Assembly: GCA_046757965.1 (NCBI GenBank)
Contig: JBHHZI010000005.1
Location: 1-52,406 of the forward strand
DNA length: 52,406 nucleotides
Source of the DNA: Acidobacteriota bacterium
Lineage (GTDB): Bacteria; Acidobacteriota; Polarisedimenticolia; SMYD01
Reading direction: 5' to 3'
Below the pieces are notes generated by a model. It did no database searches. It was not told the DNA's origin and saw nothing but the letters and a program-made list of their open reading frames with translations. Made by a program: the position numbers and the translations under genes. Of this stretch, positions 36,068-47,100 are shown piece by piece. How positions within the stretch are numbered: position 1 is the stretch's first letter; every line of letters begins with the position of its first letter.

Positions 36068-37621
36068 GTGGTGAGAACCCCGCCGCCGTTCGACAAGATC
36101 CTGGTCGCCAACCGGGGTGAGATCGCCGTCCGGGTGATCCGTTGTTGCCGGGAGATGGGCGTTCGCTCGGTCGCGATATTTTCCGATGTGGATCGAAAAT
36201 CGCGCCATGTTCTCGAGGCTGACGAAGCACACGGACTCCAGGGCGATTCGCCTCGACAGGTGTATCTCGATGCAGAACAGATAGTTGAAATTGCCAAGGA
36301 GGTCGGAGCCGGAGCGATTCATCCTGGATACGGCTTTTTATCCGAAAATTTCGAATTTGCTGAATTATGTAAGATATCGAACATCGTCTTCATCGGACCC
36401 GGTCCGGAAGCCATCCGGCTCATGGGCAACAAGGTCTCGGCCCGCGAGCTGATGCGCCAGGCAGGGGTGGCGGTCACCCCCGGCTCGGATGGGCCGGTGG
36501 CGACGGCGGCCGACGTGAAGAAGGTCGCCGATGAGGTGGGCTACCCGATTCTCCTGAAGGCGGCCGCCGGGGGCGGTGGCAAGGGGATGCGCATCGTGCG
36601 AGACGCGAAGACGATCTCCTCGGCGCTGCGGGCCGTCCGATCCGAGGCAGCCGCCTCCTTCGGTGATGACGCCGTCTTTGTCGAGCGCTATGTCGACCGG
36701 CCGCGCCACATCGAGGTGCAGGTGCTGGCCGGTGCCGACGGCACGACGCTGCACCTGGGTGAGCGCGAATGTTCCATCCAGCGTCGCCACCAGAAGCTGG
36801 TGGAGGAGTCGCCGTCGCCGGCGGTGGACGAGACCCTGCGCGCGCGCCTCGGGGAGATGGCCACCCGCGCCGCGCAGGCGGTGGGGTATCGCAACGCCGG
36901 CACCGTCGAGTTCATCATGGACGAGCAGCAGAACGTCTACTTCATGGAGATGAACACGCGCCTGCAGGTGGAGCATCCGGTCACGGAGATGGTCACCGGT
37001 ATCGATCTGGTGCGCGCCCAGGTCCTGATCGCCGCCGGCCTCGACCCGGGCTTCACCCAGGACGACATCCGTCTGCACGGGTCGGCCATCGAGTGTCGCA
37101 TCTTCGCCGAGGATCCCGACAACCATTTCCTGCCCAGCCCCGGGCGCATCACGTCCTACACCCCGGCCTCCGGGCCGGGTGTCCGAGAAGATTCGGGCGT
37201 CTATGCGGGCTACACCGTGCCGCTGGACTACGACCCGACGATCGGCAAGCTGATCGTCTGGGGACGAACCCGCCAGACCGCGCTGGACCGCATGCGGCGT
37301 GCGCTGGGCGAGTTGCACATCGGCGGCGTCAAGACGACCCTGCCGTTTCACCGTGCTCTCATCGATCATCCGGCCTTCCGGGCCGGAGACATCGACACCC
37401 ACTTCATCGACACGCACTCGCTGGCGCCGTCAGCGGCCGGCGGTCCTGCCATCGAGAAGGCGGCCCTGGCCGTCGCCCTGGCGGCCGCGCACCAGGCGGC
37501 GCAACGTCTGGGTCGTGACGGCCGCCGGGTGGATCCGTCCCGCCGGCCGATGAGTGGCTGGAAACGGGCCGCGCTCAGTGACGGGATGCGTTCCCGCCTC
37601 CCCGGTGCTTATCGACCATGA
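36068..37621 (+). CDS. accC: Biotin carboxylase subunit of acetyl/propionyl-CoA carboxylase
   Basis: LVANRGEIA, HPGYGFLSEN, GGGGKGMR, ERECSIQRRHQK and EMNTRLQVEHPVTE motifs. Confidence 0.93.
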   Translation: MVRTPPPFDKILVANRGEIAVRVIRCCREMGVRSVAIFSDVDRKSRHVLEADEAHGLQGDSPRQVYLDAEQIVEIAKEVGAGAIHPGYGFLSENFEFAELCKISNIVFIGPGPEAIRLMGNKVSARELMRQAGVAVTPGSDGPVATAADVKKVADEVGYPILLKAAAGGGGKGMRIVRDAKTISSALRAVRSEAAASFGDDAVFVERYVDRPRHIEVQVLAGADGTTLHLGERECSIQRRHQKLVEESPSPAVDETLRARLGEMATRAAQAVGYRNAGTVEFIMDEQQNVYFMEMNTRLQVEHPVTEMVTGIDLVRAQVLIAAGLDPGFTQDDIRLHGSAIECRIFAEDPDNHFLPSPGRITSYTPASGPGVREDSGVYAGYTVPLDYDPTIGKLIVWGRTRQTALDRMRRALGELHIGGVKTTLPFHRALIDHPAFRAGDIDTHFIDTHSLAPSAAGGPAIEKAALAVALAAAHQAAQRLGRDGRRVDPSRRPMSGWKRAALSDGMRSRLPGAYRP

Positions 37622-38142
37622 TCCTGACGCTGGCACAGGACGGCGTGCGGCGCCCGGTCGAGGTGCGCGCCGACCGGGGGCGCTACACCATCGTGGATGG
37701 GGGCGAGAGCTTCGAGGTCGACGCTCACGCCGTGGCGGAGAACTGGTGGTCGGTGTTGCTCGACTCCGATTCGTTCGATGCCCATGTCGAGCGGGACGGC
37801 ACGGTCTTCCGGGTCGCCATCGCCGGTCGCCAGTTCGCCTTCGACCTGTCAGATCCCGCCCGGGCCCTGCTGCGCGGCGAGGCCGCTCCCGGCGCCGGCA
37901 CCGGTCGCGTGGTGGCCCCCATGCCCGGCCGGGTGATGCGCGTCCTGGCGGCGGTCGATGAGGAGGTGACGCGCGGGCAACCGGTGGTTGTCGTCGAGGC
38001 CATGAAGATGGAGAACGAGCTGGCCGCCCCGTGCGATGGCCTCATCACCGAGATCGCCGTCACCGAGGGCCAGACGGTGGACGGCGGCGCCCTGCTGCTC
38101 GTCGTCGGACCGCCGGCGCCTTCCGGTGCAGGCGATCCCTGA
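37618..38142 (+). CDS. Biotin carboxyl carrier protein (with N-terminal extension)
   Basis: APMPG and EAMKM biotinylation motifs. ATGA overlap with the biotin carboxylase gene. Confidence 0.92.
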   Translation: MILTLAQDGVRRPVEVRADRGRYTIVDGGESFEVDAHAVAENWWSVLLDSDSFDAHVERDGTVFRVAIAGRQFAFDLSDPARALLRGEAAPGAGTGRVVAPMPGRVMRVLAAVDEEVTRGQPVVVVEAMKMENELAAPCDGLITEIAVTEGQTVDGGALLLVVGPPAPSGAGDP

Positions 38143-38184
38143 GTCCGAGATGGCGACGGCACCTGACGCCAGGGCCGGCTCCCC

Positions 38185-41100
38185 TCACGGGATGGCGTCG
38201 CCCCCGGTGTTGGCGGCGATGACCCGGTAGAAGACGATGGCCCCGGCGTCCACCGGCTCGGCCACCGGGAACTGAAGCGCCGCGGTCGAGGCCACCGGAG
38301 TGAACGGACCCTCCGGCCGGGAGGCCGCCTCCAGCCGGTAGGCGCGGGCGGCGTCGTGGGTCGGGTCGACAGCAGGTGGCATCCAGCGTGCCTGGGTCGC
38401 GTCGTTCGCCCTCGTCAGGCGCAGGGAGGAGACGGCGTGGGGTGGTTTCTCCAGCGTGGTGATGGCGAACGTCTCATCGCTGGTGTCGCTGCCCACCGCA
38501 CCGCCCGGCGTCGAGCCGATGACCCGGATACGCGCGGCGCGGCTGTCCGGCCCGCTCACCGGCCACGCATGGCTCGTCTTCGTGAGGCCGGCGGCGAGAA
38601 CGCTCCAGGTGGCGCCGTCGTCGACGCTCAGCAGCACGTCATAGGTCAACGAACCGGACATCGGCAGCGGTTCCCAGGCGACGTCATAGACCCCGCCGGC
38701 CAGCACCAGCTCGCCACCGCGGGGTCGCAGCAGCTTCGGCCGCAGGGCCCGCACCGAGCCGCTGCCGATGAACCAGGTCTGATCCCGGACCTCGCCGGTG
38801 ATGGTGACCTGCGGCTGCTCGCCGTCGGGAAGCAGGTCGATGAAGGCCTGGCGGTCGAACTTGAGGCCGATCTCCTCGCGTCCGTCTCCGTCGGCGTCGG
38901 TGAACTCCACCGGCGCGGGATTGGCGAACAGCTTGCCATCGATGGAGACGCTGTCGATGACGATGTCATGGGGGTTGAACGGTGCCGGCAGTTGCAGCGA
39001 GGCGCGCACCGTCTGCCCCATGGAGCCCAGATTGAGGGAGCCGGGTTCGATGGCGAACTGATCCAGGTCCACCTGGCGGGAGTGGAGCGTCACCGGGATC
39101 GAGGTCACCGGATGCGCCGGGTCGTTGGTGGTGAGGTCCAGGCGGGCGAAGACATCGGCGTCGTCCAGATCCCGGGTGGTCAACGTCAGCGTCAGGGTCT
39201 GTTCTGTCCCGGGGGAGACGACGCCCGACGTGGGGTCGGCCTCGAGCCACTCCGGCCGGGGCCGGAACTCGACGGCGAGCGCGTCGTGCAGGTACGGTTC
39301 GTTGTACGCCACCAGCAGCCCGGAGGTCTTCTCGCCGTTCTGGATGCCGACCGTGGCGCTGTCCAGGATGCCGGAGAGGGTCAGGTACTGGAACAGGATG
39401 CGCCCGTCCGGGTAGAGGATGACCTGAAAGGTCAGGTCGCCGCCGGAGGTGTGGCGGGCGACGGCGTTGAACTGGATGACGAAGCGGTCCCCGTCGGCGA
39501 ACGCCTCGATGCTCTGCTTGCCGCCCAGGTCGAGGTCGTCGAAGAACGGCGCGAGGAGATTCTCGGGAACGGAGAACCCGGTATTGGGCAGCCTGTCCGG
39601 GTTGCTGAACGAGGATCGCGTGCTAGTGAAGCTCAGCCAGCCGTTGCTGCTGACGTTGACGGTGTCGAACACCTCCCCGTAGAACGGGAAGCCAAAACCG
39701 ATGGCGACGGGGCCGCTGTTGGTGTCGTCGCCGCTGATGAGCAGCGGGGAGGCGGCCGCGCTCACGTCCACCCAGGAGAAGGCCGGCCCACCCGGCTCGT
39801 CGCTGTCCGTGGCGGTGTAGCCGAACGGGTCCGGCCCCCTGAATCGCGTGGCCGTCAGGGCGCCGGTGCCGTTGGCCGATTCGTCGTCCTTGGCCAGGTC
39901 GAGCCAGTCGCCGGGCGCCGGTCCGCCCGCGGCAGCGATCGTGGCGAGCGTGTCGAGCTGCCAGACCAGGTCGGAGAGGCCGTCGTTGCGGAGCACCGCG
40001 GTCCGGGTGCGCGGCAGGGAACTGCGGGGCGGCAGGGCGGTCTCCACCGCCACCGGCTCGACGGTGATCCGGGGCGGCAGGATCGCCTCGCCTCGAAGCG
40101 CCACGGGGATCACCGGCTGGTCCGGGTCGTCGGAGGTGATGGTGAGCGTCGCCGCGAGAACGCCCGCGGCGGTCGGTGTGAAGGTGGTCGGCAGGAGGAA
40201 ACGCCCTCCAGGTGGAATGACCACCGGCGCCGAGGGCACCTGCAGGCCATCCGCGGAGGCGGACAGCGACAGCAGGTGGAGGTTTGCGTGACCCTGGTTG
40301 AGCAGGGTGACGGAGCGGGTGGTGGGGAACCCCACCGAGGCGGTGCCGAAGTCGAGCTGTTCCACGGCGCGGCCGTAGAGCAGCGTCACCGCATGCTCGT
40401 TGCGTGGGCAGAACGAGGACACACGGTCGCTGTTGGTGACGGTGAGGTCGAGGAATCCCCCTGCCAGGGCACCGCCGGCAAGATCATCGGGGGAGACCAC
40501 GAAGGCGCTGGCAGACGGCCGGCAGTCGCGGAGGCCCCTCGCCGACGGACCCAGGTCGAGGCTTCCGGCGCTCACCGTGGCGACCTCTCCGGGGTCGCCG
40601 AAATCCCCATCCACCGCCAGCCGGACGGTGAGGTCGCCGACCGGCGGGCTGGCCACCGGCAATCGGTGCGTCGTGGACGCGCCGGGCCCGTCGAAGCTGG
40701 CCACCGACTGCACGGTGACCGTCTCCGGAGCGATGGCGATGTCCGGCACCCCCTGCACGGTCAGGGAGGCGCTCACCGGCAAGGCCGGGGTGACGGGATC
40801 GTTGGAGCGCAGCGTCAGCGTCGCGTTGTAGGCGGCCGGCCGGAGACGGCGGGCGTCAAGGATGACGCTGACGTCGACGGCATTCCCGGGTGCGACGGAC
40901 CCTGACGCCGGTTCCACACGTATGAAGGCCGGCCCCGACAGCATCCTGGCGAAGCCGGGCCCGTCTCTGCCCTGGGCGACCACCACGCCGGGAACCGGCG
41001 CGCCCAGCCAGGCGACGCCGCCGTGGGTGACCGCAAAGAATGGCAGATCGGTCACCGACCAGACCGCCTCGTCCAGCGAGTAGCGCATGAGGTGGTCCTG

Positions 41101-44100
41101 ATCGGTGACCACGAACTCACGGGTGATGGGGTCGACCACCGCACCCAGATCTCCCGGGAAGGGCGGCGGATCGAGCTTTGTCCAGGTATCGGTGGCGATG
41201 TCGTAGCGGAGAAAGACCGGCGGTCTGTTGAGGTTGAATCCATCGGTGCCTCCCACAACGTAGAGCGATCCGTCGTGGAGGGCCATGCCGGCCTCCTGAA
41301 GGATGAATCGACCCGACGACAACGGCAGTCCCGCGAGAAATACGGTCCCCCCGGAGGTCGAATCGAAACGCAACAGCGACCGCCCGATGGCGATGTAGAG
41401 GAAGCGGACCCCATCACCGGCCATCGCTCCCGGCGCCAGAGCGGCGACCAGCACCGCCGGCGCCGGGTGGGTTCGCACCGCCCACGCATCATTCGCGATG
41501 TCATACACCAGGAGGACGTCGCGGGTTCCCACGTACGCCAGGTAGATCTTGCCGTCGAGAACCGACGCGGCCGCGCCGCGCCGTGCCGGCAGTGGGGCAC
41601 TCGCCAGCGGTTCCCAGACCCGAACCGACGGATCGTACCGGAAGAACGCCACCCCGTCGAAGGCCTGGCCGTAGAGGATGCCGGATGCCGGGTCGACCAC
41701 CAGGCCGGTCATCGGCACCGGCGTCGGAGCGAGAGGCTGGAGCGCGACCGGCCGTGCCGCGGCGGAGGGGGAGCCGCCCGGGCCGGACAACGTCTGCGAG
41801 GTGGCGGTGACGGCATCGGGTGGCAGCAGATCCACGTCCACGTCGAAGACGAGGTCGCTGCCCCCGGTGTTGCTCACGGTGAGGGTCTCGCTCACGATCT
41901 GTCCCTCATCCACCGTGGCGGCAAGCTGGCCGGGATCGACGTTGGCCGCCGGAGGCGCCAGTCCGGCGCCGAGCAGGGACAGATCCACCCGAGGCGATAC
42001 CGGGTCGTCACTGACCACGCGCAGCGCGGGTGGCAGCGGTCCGGCGGCTGATGGCGCGAAACGCACCATCACCTCCCCGGTGGCGCCGGGCGGCACCGTC
42101 AGTGTCTGCGGGGTGAGGGTGAGATCGGAGGCAACGTCGGCGAAGGAGAGCACGTTCAGCTCCGCGTTTCCGGCGTTGAAGAGACCGAAGGTGGCCTCGA
42201 CGGTGTTGCCGACCAGCACCTCCCCGAGGTCGAGCGACGAGGCCGGAACATGGCCCTCCACGCGCACCCGGTGTTCGTCCAGGCCGGAGCAGGAGGGAGC
42301 CACGGAGGAGGTATTGCTCACCGTGACCTCGAGCAGACCATCCGCGGCGGCGGTCGCGACCAGAGCCGGATCGAGCTGGAAGACCGTGGAGAACGGCACG
42401 CAGTCGGCGGCATTCGTCCCGATGGTGCCCAGCACCGTTCCCTCCAGCTCGACGCGGGCGGTCTCGTTGAACGCGCCGAAATCGCCGATGGCGGTGACCA
42501 CCAGGCGTGTGCCGGGCAGCAGATCGGGAGGAACCGCGAGCGAGTGGGAGGTCATGGCACCGAAGCTGAACGGGAACGAGACTCGGGATTCAACGCTGAG
42601 GGGACCGCTTGCCAGGAGGAGACGGGGTCCCGAAGTGATGACGACCCGCACCGGGACACGGATCATCGCGGCCCGCGGGTCGTTGGTGGCGATCTGGACC
42701 TCGGCCTGGAACGTCCCCGTGGCGGCCAGCCGGCCGGTGTCGATGTCGACTCCGATGAGGGTGCTGCCGCCGGGTGGGATCGTCCCGCTCCCCGATGACG
42801 TGACCAGGCTGTCCTCGGGCTGGATCCCGACGGTGTAGGTGAGCGCCGCCGTCCCGTCGTTGGACAGGACCAGCGAGCGGGAAACCTGCTGTGCCGCGAA
42901 CAGGGTCTCGTCGAGGGCGGCGGGTGTGACGCGGGCCACCGGCGGCTCCACCACCACCGCGGTCACCGGCAGCGACAGGTGCGGATTGATGAGGTCGTTG
43001 CTGTTGACCACCACCGTGCGGGAGACCGGTCCGGGGGAATTTTCCGTCAGGGTGAGCGTCACGGGGAACAACTTGTTGCGCCCCACGTTGAAGACCGGGG
43101 GCGCCGCGGTTATGCCCGGCGGCGTGGCGATGGCCACGTTCAGGACCCTGGAGCCGAGGTTCTCGATGTTGACCGTGGCCGTCCCGCTCTCGTTCTCGAA
43201 CAGATCTCCCAGGTCGATGGAGCGGACCGGTGGACGCGCGGTAAATGACACGGTATGGCGATTCACCGGGCAGGACGGCAAGATGGCGGGGGAATTGACG
43301 ATGTCGACGTGAAGGTCGCCGTCGCGCGCCAGGGACACCAGTTCACGGGTCGAGAGCGTGATCGTCCGCTTATGTGGCGTGCACGATGCCCCGGAACCCC
43401 CGACGACACCCCGGAAGACACTATTGATGAAGATGGAGGCCCGTTCGGAGACACTGCGGAAGTTGCCATCCACGACAACCTGGACAGTGGCCAGGCCGGC
43501 GGGCAGATCGTCCAGCGCGAAAGCGTGTGACGTGGTGGCGCCGGCCGTGGTGAAATCCACTGTGGAGACATCCGCCGCGCCCTCACCGCTCACCAGGATG
43601 TGCGGGACGGCGACCGAGGTCACCTGCAGGGGCACATTCAGCCTGGGCCGGACGGGATCGTTGCTGGCCACCAGGATGACGAAATCCGTTCTCCCCAGGG
43701 CCAGTCCCCGGCTGTTCACCGTAACCGTCACGGGGAGTGAGCCGTGCGGCGGGACGATGCCGGCGGATCCGCTCAGCACGACCTGCTCCTGGCCGCCCGG
43801 CATCAGCACGAGCTGGAAGGTGAGCGGACCGTCCCCGTCGTTGATCAGGGTGAGGGTTCGGGATGTCTGCTCGATCTCCGCGAGGGACACGGAGAGGAGC
43901 GCCGGTTCGACGGCGAGGCTGGCCGCAAGCTGCCCGACCGCGTGAAGCGACACCGCCGGCGCCATCTCGTCGGGATCGTTGGTCTGCAGGACGAGCTGCT
44001 CATCGACGGTGCCGAGCTGGTCCAGCGTGAAGGTGACCTCCATCGGCGCGGTGGCGCCGGCGGCAACGGTGAGCGTCTCCGGAGACACGGTGAAGGATCC

Positions 44101-47100
44101 CGCCGAGGGGATGGCCCCGAGGACCTGGAGAGGCTGAGACCCCTGGTTGGAGATGTGAACGGTGCGGGTGGCGGAATCCCCGACCGTCACCAGCGTGCCG
44201 AAATCAAGAGGCGTCAGCGAACCGGTGTATTCCAGCTCGACCTGGTGCAGGTTCTGGAAGCAGCTCGGGAATACGAGGGGAGAGTTGACGACACTCACGT
44301 CGATGAGGTGATCGGCGGCGATGGCCTGCAGCACCTCCTCATCGATGGAAAACGTCTTCCGCACGGTCGAACAGAAAGACCTCTGACCGATGATGCCGCC
44401 CAGGCTCACCCCATCAGCGAAGAGCTGCACGAAATCGCCGGGCCGAAACAGTCCGACCAGGGTCAGCGTGAGCTGCCCATCGCCGCCGATCGGTTCGATC
44501 ACCGGAAAGAGATGGTGAGTCGTGGACCCGGCGGTGAACACCCGAGTCGAGCGGGGAAATTGAACAGGTGCGGCGGACAGCTCCACGTCCGGGGCGGCCT
44601 GGATGGTGAGGGTGATCGGCACCTCCAGATGAGGCGCCCGGGGGTCATTGCTGGTCACGATGAGGTTGCCCGCGAAGCTCCCGGCGTTCAGCCCCCGCGC
44701 GTCGAGATCCACCTCGAGGTCGACGGTCTGATCTGGGGCGAGCGTGTGGAGTGTCGAGTCGACGGCGACAAACGGCGCGTTCTGGGCCGCCAGGGCGAAC
44801 TCCAGGGTGTTGTTCCCGGGATTGGACACGGTGACGGTCGTCGTGGTGTGTCCTCCCTCGGCGACGGTCGCATCGATGGTCGCCGGTGTCACCACCAGCG
44901 CCGGCGCGGGGACCGCGGTGCCACGGAGTGAAATGTCCACCTGCGGCGTGTCCGGGTCATTGGTCGTCAAGCTCAGCACGCCGTTGGCGGCGCCCGGTAT
45001 GGCCGGCGCGAACGAGATGTCGAGCATCGCGGATCCACCGGGAGCCACCGCCAGCGACGAGGCCGAGCCGACGAACTCCGGCGACGAGAACCCCACCGGG
45101 TCCACTCGCAGCAGGTCATCGCCGAGATTCTTCACCTCAAGACGTTTCTCGACGCTGTCTCCCACGACGACCACACCGAAGTCAAGGGCGGTCACGGGGC
45201 GCAGGACCGTCAGGGATACCTGGTGAGTATTCGCCAGGCAGGCGGTGAGACCCACCGAACCGGAGTTGGTCACATCCACCTCGATGACGCCATCCGATGC
45301 CAGGCTCGCGACTGTTTCCGCGTCGAGATGAAAGGTTCGGCCGGATGGGATGCACCCGAGGTCGCCAACCGTGCCGATGACGGCGGACTCCAGATGGACC
45401 GTGGCGAACTCGTCGGAGCGGTCGAAATCACCGGTCACCGTCACCGCCAGGTCGACCGGGCCGGCGAGGGAGGCGGGCAAGGGGAGGGCATGGTGCGTCG
45501 AACCTCCGGTCAGTGAGAAGCTGCTCTGGCTGGACACGGTGAGAGGATCGCCGATCAGAAGATCCGGGGTGCCGGTGATGGTGACGGCGATCGGCACATT
45601 CATGACCGGGTGCGCCGGGTCGTTGGTCGTGATCCGGATCGTCCCCTTCACCAGGCCGACCGGGTCGGAAGCGGTGCGCACGGTGAGCTGGATCGGGATG
45701 GACGCGCCGGCGTCCACCGCGCCGCGATCGGGTTGGATGTCGATCTGTGGGAGGCTCGAGGTCGGGACGATCTGGAAGCGCAGCGGACTTCCTCCGTCAT
45801 TGCGGAGAAGGAGGGCAGCGGCGGCATCCTCACCGACCGGCACGCTCGTGTTGATGGCGGCCGGCTCGACGGCCAGCTCTGGCGGCACCAGACCGCGGGC
45901 ATGGAGCGGCAGGCGGATCTCGGGCTGATCGGGGTCGTTGGTCGAGAGAAGTAGGACGGCCTCGTGCGCTCCCGTGGTGGGTGGAGTGAAGACCACCGAT
46001 ACCGGGGTCTGGTCTCCGGGCAGGAGGTCGAGTGTCTCGACGCCGGTCGCGAAGGCCGGGTCGTCCGTCTCGACCTGAACGCTCAGCAGCGCCGTGCCCG
46101 GGTTCATGACGGTGACGGACCGGGTCTTGCCGGTGCCGGTGAAGACGTCGCCGAAGTCGAGTTCATCGGTTCGACCCAGATAGGTCAGGGTGATGAAGTG
46201 GTCCTTGCGTCTGCTGCAGCTGTTCTGGGTGGAGATGGTCTCGGTGAGTTCGACCGTCACCCGTCCATCGGCGAAGAGGCGGGCCGCCTCCTCCAGCGGC
46301 AGGGTGAAATCTCGCGTGACGAGCCCACAGGTTCCGGTGTCGGAGACGGACCCGAGCACCCTTCCGTCGGCGCTCAACCGCGTGGAGGTGTCCGATGCCG
46401 GGTTCCCTGTCGAGAGCATCTCGAAGACCGGTGCGGTGCCGGGTGGCACGGGAACGTCGAAATCCTTCTCCGACTGAACGCCGTTGCTCGACCGGAAGAA
46501 GAACGACAGGAGTCGAACACTCTGGCCGGCCAGACGGATGTCTGGGATGCCGACCACGGTGATCTCGATCGGCACGACGATGGTCGCTGCCAGGGGATCG
46601 TTGGTGGCCAGGCGCAGCTCGCCCGGGAAGCGACCCGGCGCGGCGGCGGTCGTCGAGACCTGGTAGACGAGGGACATTGATGAGCCCGCCGGCACGTTCC
46701 CGGACGACGGCGTGACACTGCCCAGCGGCACCGGCCCGTCCAGGGAAAAGTCGAGATCTCCCGGTCCCCCGTTGGTCAGCGTGAGGATCCGCGAGGCCGA
46801 TTCGCCGAGCAGCAGTGTGACATCGATGGCGACGGGAGAGAGACTGGCCGACGGGGCGGCAACGCCCTGTCCGGTGAGGGCGATCATCACGGACGGGGTG
46901 TCGGGGTCGTTGGACAGCAGCGTCAGTTCGCCGGAGACCGTCGAGATGGCATCGGGAAAGATGGCGATCTCCAGGTCGGTGGTCGCGCCTGGCGCAAGGT
47001 CGAGCGTCGCGGCTTCAGGCACGAAGCGGGGCTCGCTGCTTGCGATCGAGGAGATGGTGAGTGTATCGGTGCCGAGGTTCTCCAGATGCAGCGTCCGGCT

